From: an uncultured Holophagales bacterium
GTDB lineage: Bacteria; Acidobacteriota; Thermoanaerobaculia; Multivoradales; UBA5704
Direction: 5' to 3'
Assembly (NCBI GenBank): GCA_963842525.1
Contig: CAWJGT010000003.1
Coordinates: forward strand, 352,001 to 416,000
Length of the DNA: 64,000 nt
Numbering within the stretch: position 1 is the stretch's first letter; each line of letters begins with the position of its first letter. The notes beneath the pieces were generated by a model that was not told where the DNA came from, did no database searches, and worked only from the letters and a program-made list of their open reading frames with translations. This document shows positions 8,452 to 17,454 of this stretch, one piece after another. A program made the position numbers and the translations under genes.

Positions 8452-10487
8452 GTGCGCCAAGACAAGCTTGGCGCTTCTTGCAGGGTGTAAGTCCCTGCCG
8501 GGTAAGGTCTAACCAACCACCCGTACCGAGTGTTGCAGATCTGGCGGAGGAGAGTCGACGTCGACGAACCGAACAAGAGGTCTGGAGCGTACACAGGGAA
8601 CCATGTAGGCCGTAAGGGAGACCGCACCTCCCCCAGGTCTGGTACAGCCCCGAAAGCGCCGATTACAGATGCAGGCGGCGATCGTTTACGTTTGCGAGAA
8701 GCCCACGCGAAGGAATCGCTTTGGTGAGATTCTGGAAGCCTGCCGGGGTCATCAGGACATGGCATGCATGGAGAGGAGCGTCGAAGAACTTGGGAGACCC
8801 CATTGATTCCTGCACTCTTAGAGAGGCAATCTGCAAGGCGCGAGGCTGGCTAGGCACAGAAGGGGAAACCCGGACCCAGAGAGAATGCCTGGCGCCTAAA
8901 CGGAGGATCGACGAGAGATGACAGGTAGGCGACCTGAACCGAAAAGGCAAGGGAGACTGAAGATCATTGGGGAGTCGGATCAGCCCATAGTACTCCGAGA
9001 ACGGGAGAGCCGTTCACATGGGGAAGGAGCTGACGGGAACCCGTAGCCCGCAAAGGAAACATGACCCAGATGCGACAGGCTGGACAACTCATGCCAACCT
9101 CCCTGCGGGGAATAGCGAACAAGGCAAGCTCTGACAAGAACCACCGTTTCGGCAATCTCTTTGGTCTGCTGACCATGACGTTCCTTCTGTCCTGCTGGGA
9201 GCGAGTCAACAAGAAAGCTGCCAGCGGCGTGGATCGGGTTTCGGCCCGGGCTTACGCGAAGGATCTGGCGGGAAACGTAAGAGACCTTTGGGAGCGTGTG
9301 AAGCGGGGTAGTTACCGGGCGAAGCTGGTCCGGCGACGTCACATTCCGAAGGAAGGGAGTACAGCGACTCGGCCACTGGGGATCCCGGCGGTGGAGGACA
9401 AGCTGCTCCAGATCGCAGTCTCCCGCATTCTCAATGCCATCTACGAGCCGATCTTTCTGCCGTGCAGTTGGGCATACAGGCTCGGCCGTAATGCGCGGGA
9501 AGCAGTGCGGACGCTGAAACAGGAGCTTCAGTTTGGTTGCTACGGTTACGTTGTGGAGATTGACATCAAGGGGTTCTTCGACCGGATCGACCATGAGAAG
9601 CTCATGGAGATGCTCGAGCTGAGAATCAACGATCGGCCGTTCCTGCGGCTGATCTGGAAATGGCTCAAGGCGGGAGTATTGGAAGAGGGTGGGAAGGTGA
9701 TCCACCCGGACACGGGCTGTCCGCAAGGTAGTGGGATATCACCCGTGCTTGCCAATATCTACCTTCACTACGTTCTGGACCTTTGGTTCACGGAGGTGGT
9801 GAAGCCCCGGTGTAAAGCGCGGGCCTTCATGTGCCGGTTTGCGGACGATGTGGTGTTCGCCTTCCAGTGGCATGAGGAGGCCGAGCGGTTCTTCCGGGTC
9901 CTGCCGAAACGGCTGGCGAAGTACGGGTTGGAGCTTTCGGCGGAGAAGAGCCGGATGGTGCGGTTCAGCCGGTTCCAACTGGGCAAGAGCTCGGAGAGGT
10001 TCGACTTCCTCGGGTTCGAGTTCCGCTGGGTGAAGGACCACAAGGGAGTGGCCCGGGTGACGTGCCGGACATCGCGCAAGCGGCTTCGGGCGTCGTTGAC
10101 CAGGGTGACCGAGTGGATCAAGGCCGAGCGGCACCTGCCGGTACGCCAGTTGGTGGGGGCGTTGAACGCGAGGCTTCGTGGGCACTATAATTACTACGGG
10201 GTGATCGGCAACTACGCAAGCCTATGCTCATACTTCAATCAAGCGAAACGGCTGCTGATGAAGTGGTTGGGGAGGCGGAGTCAAAAGAGCCGGATGAGCT
10301 GGGTGAAGTTCAGCGCCCTGCTGAAGCGATTTCCACTGGAGGAACCCTGGATCGCGGAGAGTCGGCATCGGCAGATGGTTCTTGTCTGAGTTGCTGAGTG
10401 CGGAAGCGAGGGTAACCGAAGAGCCCGGTGCGGAAAAACCGCACGCCGGGATCTGTGCGGGGGGCGCTTCGGCGTCCCTACCGCGAC
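8452..10487 (+). mobile_element. Group II intron
   Basis: 5' GTGCG; domain V GAGCCCGGTGCGG...CGCACGCCGGGATC; domain VI ending CCCTACCGCGAC; internal RT ORF. Confidence 0.9.
9061..10389 (+). CDS. ltrA: Group II intron reverse transcriptase/maturase (no endonuclease domain)
   Basis: RPLGIP, DIKGFFD, PQGSGISP and RFADD motifs; X domain LRGHYNYY. Confidence 0.93.
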   Translation: MTQMRQAGQLMPTSLRGIANKASSDKNHRFGNLFGLLTMTFLLSCWERVNKKAASGVDRVSARAYAKDLAGNVRDLWERVKRGSYRAKLVRRRHIPKEGSTATRPLGIPAVEDKLLQIAVSRILNAIYEPIFLPCSWAYRLGRNAREAVRTLKQELQFGCYGYVVEIDIKGFFDRIDHEKLMEMLELRINDRPFLRLIWKWLKAGVLEEGGKVIHPDTGCPQGSGISPVLANIYLHYVLDLWFTEVVKPRCKARAFMCRFADDVVFAFQWHEEAERFFRVLPKRLAKYGLELSAEKSRMVRFSRFQLGKSSERFDFLGFEFRWVKDHKGVARVTCRTSRKRLRASLTRVTEWIKAERHLPVRQLVGALNARLRGHYNYYGVIGNYASLCSYFNQAKRLLMKWLGRRSQKSRMSWVKFSALLKRFPLEEPWIAESRHRQMVLV

Positions 10488-10722
10488 TGAGAGCACGAGA
10501 TGGATCCCCGAGGTTCTATTCAACACGGCTAAAGCAATCCTTCGGGAAGCTCAGCGGGCGCTGGATGCTCCGCGGCCAGAACATGTGATGTGGGACAGCA
10601 CCAGCCCGCCGGCACCAGTCGCTCGACCAATTCGGCCTACAACTCGTCTGCTCCGCTATGCTCTCCAGGCCAAGCTGCCTGTTGCGGAGGACCTCTACCT
10701 GGAGCTGTGGTAGACTCTGGTT

Positions 10723-11034
10723 ATGGTCGAGGTTCTCGTCCGAATCAAGCGTGCGGTCCTTTCAGGGCATTATGCCTTCAGCGAGAAGGCGCGAATTGAG
10801 ATGGAGGTCGACGGCCTCACTGACCTCGATGTCGCTGAATCCATCCTCAACGCAGTCGCCATCTACAAACGCCTGCGGTCGCGAAGTCCCCTTCATCGTG
10901 GCCAATTAGAGTACCTCTACGTGATCCAGTCCACAAACCTCGAAGGTATGATGATATACTCGAAGGGCAAGCTCGTTCGCGAGCATGGCGAAGATCATTT
11001 CTACTTCCTAATTTCCTCGAAGAGAGCTCTATGA
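10723..11034 (+). CDS. DUF4258-like putative toxin
   Basis: 103 aa with a FSEKARIEM...DVAESILN pattern; overlaps the downstream zinc-finger gene. Confidence 0.6.
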   Translation: MVEVLVRIKRAVLSGHYAFSEKARIEMEVDGLTDLDVAESILNAVAIYKRLRSRSPLHRGQLEYLYVIQSTNLEGMMIYSKGKLVREHGEDHFYFLISSKRAL

Positions 11035-11312
11035 GAACACCGCTGAGTAACGAAGGATTTTCAGTTTCCGTATGCCCGACGTGCGGTAGCTCGGCTATTC
11101 GGAAGATTTCTGGAAGCTGGTCCGGAAACTATAAAGGCGAGACCTATAGCGTGAAGGCGCTAGAGTATTACGCCTGCCCAAATTGTGACGAGAAGGTCTA
11201 TCCGCCTGAGGCGATGCGACGGATTCAACACGCTTCTCCAGCTTACCGGAAATCGGCTGCTCGGCGAGCAGCGCGGAGGGCGCCCAACCCGGGGCCTCAA
11301 GCGGACGCCTGA
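11031..11312 (+). CDS. YgiT/MqsA-type zinc-finger protein
   Basis: CPTCG...CPNCDE; the reading frame runs into the attC. Confidence 0.75.
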   Translation: MRTPLSNEGFSVSVCPTCGSSAIRKISGSWSGNYKGETYSVKALEYYACPNCDEKVYPPEAMRRIQHASPAYRKSAARRAARRAPNPGPQADA

Positions 11313-11342
11313 CGGCGCCGCTTATGCCCGATCCCGTTGTGC
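11282..11342 (+). other. attC site
   Basis: GCCCAAC...GCCT(C)AAGCGG(A)CGCC / GGCGCCGCTTATGC...GTTGTGC. Confidence 0.85.
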
Positions 11343-11541
11343 GCCAAGGTCAGGATTGCACTGGGGACGAGTGGCCCCGTCGTCCCGACACCCTGTTCCG
11401 GCACCGGCATGTGGTTACGGCACCCCCGAGAATGACCGGCTACCCGACAAGGGGCGCCGAAATTCCGGTGGTGATGTCCTCGATGGCCCTCGATGGCCCA
11501 AGGGCTTGCCAAGCTCTCCTTCAGTGGCGTATAGTCAGGTC

Positions 11542-11860
11542 GTGTGGTTCGTAGAGACCTCTGTCTTTTCTGGCCAGCTCTATGAGCAACTCCCTGATGA
11601 CGACTACCGCTCTCTTCAACTGGCTCTTACTTTGCGGCCCGAGCAAGGAAAGCTGATCCCAGGCAGTGGCGGGTCTTCGCAAGATTCGTTGGGCTCTTCG
11701 TGGCAAAGGGAAGCGGGGTGGCCTCCGATTGATCTACTACTGGGATGCGGGCGAGGATGTGATCTACTTCCTCTACCTTTATCCGAAGAACCAGCAGGCG
11801 AACCTCAGGCCCAATCAGCTCAAGCAACTGAAGAAGGTCATCGAGGAGGATTTAAAGTGA
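11542..11860 (+). CDS. RelE/HigB-family toxin (apparent +1 frameshift near 11672)
   Basis: VWFVETSVF...LIPGSG joins GLRKIRW...GKRGGLRLIYY...YPKN in the next frame. Confidence 0.8.
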
Positions 11861-12195
11861 AGGACTCTGATTTTCAGCAGATGCTTGCCAGTGTCAAGGA
11901 GGCAGGACGTATCAAGCGCGGGGAACAGAAGCCTGCGCGTAAGTTCGAGGTAAGAGCGGAAGACGTGAAGGCAATTAGAGCTATGCTCAACAAGTCGCAG
12001 TCTGAGTTTGCTCTTATGATCGGTGTGAGCGTATCTACTCTCCAGAATTGGGAACAAGGGCGGCGACAGCCGGAGGGTCCAGCGCGAGCCCTCCTGAAGG
12101 TGGCTTCCGTGAATCCGCGAGCTGTTGCATCCGCACTGGATCCGAGCCAGGCGCCCAACCCGGGGCCTGCAGCGGACGCCTTGCGGCGGCGCTGA
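11857..12195 (+). CDS. HigA/NadS-like XRE helix-turn-helix antitoxin
   Basis: SQSEFALMIGVSVSTLQNWEQGRRQPEGPA; GTG start overlaps the toxin stop; C-terminus reads into the attC. Confidence 0.85.
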   Translation: MKDSDFQQMLASVKEAGRIKRGEQKPARKFEVRAEDVKAIRAMLNKSQSEFALMIGVSVSTLQNWEQGRRQPEGPARALLKVASVNPRAVASALDPSQAPNPGPAADALRRR

Positions 12196-12214
12196 GGCCC
12201 ATCGCCCGTTAGGC
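12153..12214 (+). other. attC site
   Basis: GCCCAAC...GCCT(G)CAGCG...CGCTGAGGC...GTTAGGC. Confidence 0.85.
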
Positions 12215-12235
12215 CTCACGACGACGGTAACTACT

Positions 12236-12724
12236 ATGGCGCTTGAGTACAGAGCAGCCCTCCCGGACGATGTGGCCGAGTGCCTCGATGTGCGCGGCAG
12301 AACGCGCGAGAACGCGATCTCTGCGGAGGGTCTCAGGGCCAGGGGCATCACCCTGCAGTCTTGGGCCGAAGACATTCGCCAGGGCGCTCTCCCAGGCCAT
12401 GTGTGTCTTGCGGACGGCAAGATCATTGGGTTCTGCTTTGGAGTCAGAGAGTCTGGGGAAGTCGCTGTGCTGGCACTCCTACCGGTGTTCGAGAATCAAG
12501 GCATCGGCAGGTCTCTCCTGAATCGAGTAGTTCAGGAGCTCAGGACGTTCGGATTCAACAGGTTGTTCCTTGGCTGCTCTGCAGACCCTTCGATGCGATC
12601 GTACGGCTTCTATCGTCATCTCGGCTGGCGCTCCACCGGCACGTTTGACGCTGCGGGGGACGAGGTTCTTGAATACTTCCTCGAGGAGCACGGGCCGCAG
12701 GTTTATCGTGCCGGAGTTGCGTAA
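12236..12724 (+). CDS. GNAT family N-acetyltransferase (cassette)
   Basis: ENQGIGRSLL acetyl-CoA motif; GFYRHLGW. Confidence 0.88.
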   Translation: MALEYRAALPDDVAECLDVRGRTRENAISAEGLRARGITLQSWAEDIRQGALPGHVCLADGKIIGFCFGVRESGEVAVLALLPVFENQGIGRSLLNRVVQELRTFGFNRLFLGCSADPSMRSYGFYRHLGWRSTGTFDAAGDEVLEYFLEEHGPQVYRAGVA

Positions 12725-12757
12725 AGCTGGGGCAGTCCGGTGAGGCCTATTCGAGCT

Positions 12758-13243
12758 ATGAAGCTTCTAGGTGTCCTGATCCGGGCAGTGACGTACTCAA
12801 CGCTTTTCATTGGTGTACTGCTCATCTACTTGCCAGCGCAAGCGCTGTCTTGGGCTGGCGTCGCCAGGCCTGCCCGGCTCGGGCTTCCAGAGATCCTTGG
12901 AGGTATGGTCAGCGCCAGTGGGGCGGCGCTCGCCGTGTGGTGCATCCTGAGCTTCGCCTTGATCGGCCGTGGGACTCCGGCGCCCTTTGACCCACCGCGT
13001 CGTCTCGTGGTGCGGGGACCTTACCGGTACGTGCGAAATCCGATGTATTTGGGCGCCGGCCTGGCGCTCGCCGGTGCCGCGTTGTTCTACAGGTCGAGCG
13101 TGCTCCTCGCGTATGCCGGATTGTTCCTTCTGCTCATGCACCTGGCTGTAGTGTTGTATGAGGAACCAACTCTCCGGCAGACCTTCGGCGAGGACTACGA
13201 AGCGTACTGCAAGCGGGTTCGCCGATGGTGGCCTACGCTGTGA
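12758..13243 (+). CDS. Isoprenylcysteine carboxyl methyltransferase / PEMT family membrane protein
   Basis: GTPAPFDPP...GPYRYVRNPMY...EEPTL...FGEDY motifs. Confidence 0.85.
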   Translation: MKLLGVLIRAVTYSTLFIGVLLIYLPAQALSWAGVARPARLGLPEILGGMVSASGAALAVWCILSFALIGRGTPAPFDPPRRLVVRGPYRYVRNPMYLGAGLALAGAALFYRSSVLLAYAGLFLLLMHLAVVLYEEPTLRQTFGEDYEAYCKRVRRWWPTL

Positions 13244-13287
13244 TGAAGGTTTGAAGGGGTGTCTGGAGAGTCCTGCGCGAGCCCTGG

Positions 13288-13398
13288 CCCCTCACCCCCG
13301 GCCCCTCTCCCATCCGCACTCCCTTCCCCCGGGAGAGGGGGGAAATACACGATCAGGAAGGTGTGAGTGCTGATGGGAGAGGGGCCCGGGGTGAGGGC
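13288..13398. repeat. REP-like palindromic element (CCTCACCCCC..GCCCCTCTCCCATC...GGGAGAGGGG)
   Basis: Inverted pair between convergent genes; the same family recurs at 26255, 27989, 29193 and 30533. Confidence 0.75.
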
Positions 13399-13457
13399 TT
13401 TCCTGGGACCGCCTCAACCTTTCCAGACACTCTCTGAGAGGCTCGTGCTGACTGACC

Positions 13458-15140
13458 CTACGGCACGATCCAGTCGCCGACCGCCTCCACCCCTCCCGGC
13501 GCTCCCGGGGCGAGGCGAACGAGATAGCAGCCTTTGGAGGCAAAGCGCTGGCCGGGGCCGAGGCTCAGGCGGGGGTAGACGCCGGGATTCGGCATTCTTT
13601 CGGTTTCTCGCTCGACGGATTCGAGGAAGAGATCGCGGGAGAAGCGGTCCGCCAGGTGCATGAGGGCCGTGTCGGCCAGGGAGAGGGCGAGCCAGGTGTC
13701 GAGTTGGAGGCGCTCCGGTCCTGGCTTGAGGCCGCGCGCCCGCAGCCAGGCCCTGACCCGGTAGGCGTGCGGCCCCTCCTTCCCCGGGAGGCTCCAGCGC
13801 CAAGTCAGGAGGGCCTGTTCGCGCCACATTGCGGGCAGGCGGGACAGGTCGCCGACGAGAGTGGAGGAGAGATAGAGCCGCGGGTGCGGGCCGGGCGTGG
13901 CCGGCAGGCTGGCCAGGTCTTGGCCGGAGAGCCAGAGGACGAGCGCGGTTGGTCGTTTCTTCCCGAGCAGGTCGGTCCAGAAGGCCGGGCCCGGTGCGAA
14001 GACCCGGTCTTCGAGGTGCGCCGTCCCGGCGAGGGATTGGCGGAGAGCCCGGGCCGCAGCTTTCCCGGCCTCGTCGCGGTAGACCTGGACGATCTTGCCC
14101 TTGCTATCCCGCAGGTGCTGCGCCACGGTCGCGGCCTCGACGGCGAGGCCGGGGGAGAGGTAGACCGTCCAATCCCCGGGCGGCACGGTCACGGGCAGGT
14201 CGGTCGTGGGGAAGAGGCACGGCACGGCGGCCTGCTCACAGAAGGTATGGACCGGCTTCCAGTCCCCCTCTCCCAGCCCGCCGAGCATGGCGAAGACGGG
14301 CTGTTCCCGATAGCGTGCCGTGAGCTGGGCGGTCCAGGTGGATGCCGGTCCCGTGAGCTCCCAGAGGTGGAGCTCCCAACGACGGTAACCTCCGGCGAAG
14401 GCCTCCTCTTCGCCTGCCGGCGGCCAGGGGCGCTGGAGACGCCGCTCGACGTCGGCGCTTTTCCAGCGGACGTAGGCCTCCATGACGTCGAGCATGGCCC
14501 GGCGATGGCCCGAGTCGGCTCCTGCCGTGACTACTGTTGCGAAGTGGATGGTGGTCTCATCCACCCCTGGATCAGGAGCGGCGGAGAGGGCCTTCAGGTA
14601 GGCGATGAGGTGCCCCATCGCCTCCGGGCCCAGCCGGTAGCGCGGCATCAGGGGATCGAGCTCGTGCCCCTCGCGCAGAGTCGCGGCCAGGGTCGCGTCC
14701 GTGTAGGGAGGACGGGTCCGTGGGCCCCGGACGGTCGCCCAGGAGCGAGCAGAAAGGTTTTCCTGGAACAGCTTGCGGAACAGGTCGGCCCGCTGTGCAG
14801 GATCGCTTCCGAACAGTGCGGGCGCGGTGATCGGCGGTACGACCGTGGTGCCCTCGACGCTGCCGTAGCCGCTCCGGCGATGGCAGGAGGCGCAGCTTGC
14901 GGCGGCGCCTTCGAGCGGGATGCCACCCTGGACGATGCCGCGCAGCGGCTGTCCCGAGGGGAGGATGCCGTCGCGGTAGAGGCGCCGGCCGGCCTCACCC
15001 CGGGATTGAAATCCCGGGCTAATTCCTGCCACCCCTGCGGGTTTGGATTCGAGAGCCCGGAGGGCGCCATTCGGTAGCCCAGGGTGTAAACCCTGGGCGA
15101 GCAGGAAAATCAGCAGCAGTGTGGCGATACGAACGGTCAC
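13458..15140 (-). CDS. Exported cytochrome c fused to a periplasmic-binding-protein-like domain
   Basis: CASCH heme motif and signal peptide; GTG start overlaps the SCO stop (GTGA). Confidence 0.75.
   Translation of the reverse strand: MTVRIATLLLIFLLAQGLHPGLPNGALRALESKPAGVAGISPGFQSRGEAGRRLYRDGILPSGQPLRGIVQGGIPLEGAAASCASCHRRSGYGSVEGTTVVPPITAPALFGSDPAQRADLFRKLFQENLSARSWATVRGPRTRPPYTDATLAATLREGHELDPLMPRYRLGPEAMGHLIAYLKALSAAPDPGVDETTIHFATVVTAGADSGHRRAMLDVMEAYVRWKSADVERRLQRPWPPAGEEEAFAGGYRRWELHLWELTGPASTWTAQLTARYREQPVFAMLGGLGEGDWKPVHTFCEQAAVPCLFPTTDLPVTVPPGDWTVYLSPGLAVEAATVAQHLRDSKGKIVQVYRDEAGKAAARALRQSLAGTAHLEDRVFAPGPAFWTDLLGKKRPTALVLWLSGQDLASLPATPGPHPRLYLSSTLVGDLSRLPAMWREQALLTWRWSLPGKEGPHAYRVRAWLRARGLKPGPERLQLDTWLALSLADTALMHLADRFSRDLFLESVERETERMPNPGVYPRLSLGPGQRFASKGCYLVRLAPGAPGGVEAVGDWIVP
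14999..15098. repeat. REP-type doublet inserted in frame in the cytochrome c gene
   Basis: CCCGGGATTGAAATCCCGGG and GCCCAGGGTGTAAACCCTGGGC hairpins. Confidence 0.6.
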
Positions 15141-15724
15141 GGGGCCAGGATACGCCGGACCTCGGCATCCAGCTCGGCTGCGCTTGGGAAGCCGGTGAGC
15201 TGTACCCAGGGCTCTCGCGGCGCGGCGCGCAGGAAGGTGAGCGGCTCGTGCCGCATCTTGTCGCCCCGGAAGGCGCCGAAGGCTTTCTGAACAGTCACGA
15301 CGTCGTCGATCCTGCCGGTCAGGAAGCGCCAATGGCCTCCGGCGCGCCCGGCATGGAAGCGTGCGGCGTACTCCCGCAGGCGGGCCGGCGTGTCCTCTTC
15401 CGGATCGATCGAGATCGAGACCAGGCGGACGCCCGGCCATTTTTCCTGGGACGCCGCGAGCGTGCCGGTGAGCACCGGGCAGACGGTCGAGCAGGTGGTG
15501 AAGATGAATTGCAGGACGACCGGGCCTTCCCGGTCGAGCTCCGCGGCGAGCGGGACCGGCGCGCCGTCCAGGTCCACCAGCGTGACGTCGGGGATCCGGG
15601 TTTCGATCACCGAGCGGCTGTAGCGCGCGGGGTCCGCGACCGGCGCGTGGTGGTTGTGCTCTTGCGCAGCTCCCCCCGCAGCCAGGGCGCTGAGGAGGAC
15701 GGCGAGAGGAGCGGCAAGGGCCAT
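15137..15724 (-). CDS. SCO family copper chaperone
   Basis: FTTCSTVCP (CxxxC), ISIDPEEDTP and distal His. Confidence 0.88.
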   Translation of the reverse strand: MALAAPLAVLLSALAAGGAAQEHNHHAPVADPARYSRSVIETRIPDVTLVDLDGAPVPLAAELDREGPVVLQFIFTTCSTVCPVLTGTLAASQEKWPGVRLVSISIDPEEDTPARLREYAARFHAGRAGGHWRFLTGRIDDVVTVQKAFGAFRGDKMRHEPLTFLRAAPREPWVQLTGFPSAAELDAEVRRILAP

Positions 15725-17454
15725 CAGTGCACCGAGAAAATGGCCACGTCGTGGTGCATCGGATCGAATTGGTAGAACCGCAGCCGGCGCGACGGGTCGT
15801 AGTTGAACTGCATCCGCACCTTCTGCAGACCAGGAGGCCCATAGGGGCTCGCGGCCGGCACCGTTACCGGGGTCTTCAGGTTGGCCCACCAGTAGTTGCG
15901 GCCGAAGGTGAACCAGCAGCCGGAGCCGCCGTATTTGACCGACGATTTGAACTGGTTTTCCCAACCCCGGTTGCCGCCGAAATCCACGCTCTGATAGCCG
16001 TGGTCGAAGTAGTCGCCGTTGTAAAGGGTCGCCTTCATCCAGGTCCCGCGGGTCTGCCAGTTGGGAAACTGGGTGAGGGTGCCGGCGGTGAGCTCGCCGT
16101 AGATCGTGTTGTTGACGTAGAGCAGGGTGATGTCCGAGTCGGGGTCGGGCGTCACGCCGGTCGGGAGCTGGGTGCGGTCCTTCCAGTCGAGGAACGCCTC
16201 GCGTCCTTCCGCGAGCAGGGCGCGGACGCGCTTCCAGTCCCCCTTATCGGCCGCCGGGCGCGCCTCGCGGAACGCCTTCCACATCCGTTTGGAGGGAGCG
16301 AGGTCGCCGATCTTGGCGATGGCCGCCAGCTTCGCCTGCTCGCTGGAGGTCGGCGCCGGCCCGAAGACCGAAGCCTCGATCTGCGGCAGGGTCATGCCGT
16401 TGATCGTCTTGCTCGCGTCCTCCATCACCTGGGCGCGCGGCGGATGGACGCGCCAGCCCCAGGTGTAGACCAGGCTGTAGTACCTGCCGGGGGCCATCTT
16501 GACCTTGAGGAGGGTCCGCGTCCCGTCCTCCAAGGGGAAGAAGCTCTGGTCCATGCCGGCGAGCGGTGGGGACCCTTTGCCCTGCTGGATCTCGGAGGAC
16601 GGATCGGCCGTGGCGGACTTCGGGACGTCGAAGTACATGACGTAGGGCGAGAAGTCGTCCTCGCCGCGGTTGAGCACGTCGAGCGTGTAGGTGACGGTCC
16701 AGGGCACGTCGGGCACCTGGCTCACGTCGAGGAAGGCGGTGTCGGCCTCGATGCGGCCGTCGTACCAGATCTGGTGGACGTCCACGTTGCCGCCGATCAC
16801 CTTGCCACCCTGGTCCACGATGGGGACCACCGTCTTCACTTTTTCCGGCCCGGTGTAGTGGAGCAGCGGGAAACCGCTGTAGGCGCGGTTGCGGACCGGG
16901 TTCCCTTCCAGGATGTCGACCCCGAGATCGAGAAGCCGGCGCACGGCGGTCTCGTCATAGGGGTCGCGCGGGGCGCGGTCGAGGATCTGCGGCACCGTGG
17001 TGAAGATGCGCTGCAGGTCGTCCGTGGGCGATGTCGGGTTGATATCGCTCACCACCGGGTTGCCGTCGTGCAGGTTGTAGGGCACGGTGGGCGTCGAGGG
17101 CAGGGTGTTCGGGACCTCGGCGCCGCTGCTGTCGAAGAGGTTGGTGTAGACCGTGGGCAGGAGGTTCGTGCCCGGCGGGTCCAGGAACGGCCGGCTCGGT
17201 GCGAAGCAGCTCGCGCAGGTGATGACGGTCGTCGTGTCCCCCTGCGTGCTCTGGCAGGACGCCATGGGCAGGGGCTGCGGGTGGGGATGGTTGGGCTCCG
17301 GGCACGGCTTGGGGTCCAGGCACCCCGGAGGTGGTTGCACGCAATTCGTGCTCTGCGGCACGCTCACGGCCGCAACGAGCGCCAACGCTACACAGAGGCC
17401 TGCAATTTTCCAGCGGCTGGACCGGGGGGGACAGAAGGGGGCGAGGTCCTTCAT
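15724..17454 (-). CDS. Exported hypothetical protein (576 aa) with Cys/Pro/His-rich N-terminus
   Basis: Signal peptide; ATGA overlaps with both neighbours; strong codon bias. Confidence 0.75.
   Translation of the reverse strand: MKDLAPFCPPRSSRWKIAGLCVALALVAAVSVPQSTNCVQPPPGCLDPKPCPEPNHPHPQPLPMASCQSTQGDTTTVITCASCFAPSRPFLDPPGTNLLPTVYTNLFDSSGAEVPNTLPSTPTVPYNLHDGNPVVSDINPTSPTDDLQRIFTTVPQILDRAPRDPYDETAVRRLLDLGVDILEGNPVRNRAYSGFPLLHYTGPEKVKTVVPIVDQGGKVIGGNVDVHQIWYDGRIEADTAFLDVSQVPDVPWTVTYTLDVLNRGEDDFSPYVMYFDVPKSATADPSSEIQQGKGSPPLAGMDQSFFPLEDGTRTLLKVKMAPGRYYSLVYTWGWRVHPPRAQVMEDASKTINGMTLPQIEASVFGPAPTSSEQAKLAAIAKIGDLAPSKRMWKAFREARPAADKGDWKRVRALLAEGREAFLDWKDRTQLPTGVTPDPDSDITLLYVNNTIYGELTAGTLTQFPNWQTRGTWMKATLYNGDYFDHGYQSVDFGGNRGWENQFKSSVKYGGSGCWFTFGRNYWWANLKTPVTVPAASPYGPPGLQKVRMQFNYDPSRRLRFYQFDPMHHDVAIFSVH

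Noticed and set aside
9061-10389. Retron, DGR or defence reverse transcriptase
   Set aside because: It has a maturase X domain and flanking group II intron 5' end and domains V/VI; no template/variable repeat pair was seen.
17200-17225. CASCF as a heme c site in the 576-aa protein
   Set aside because: It lacks the His of CxxCH.
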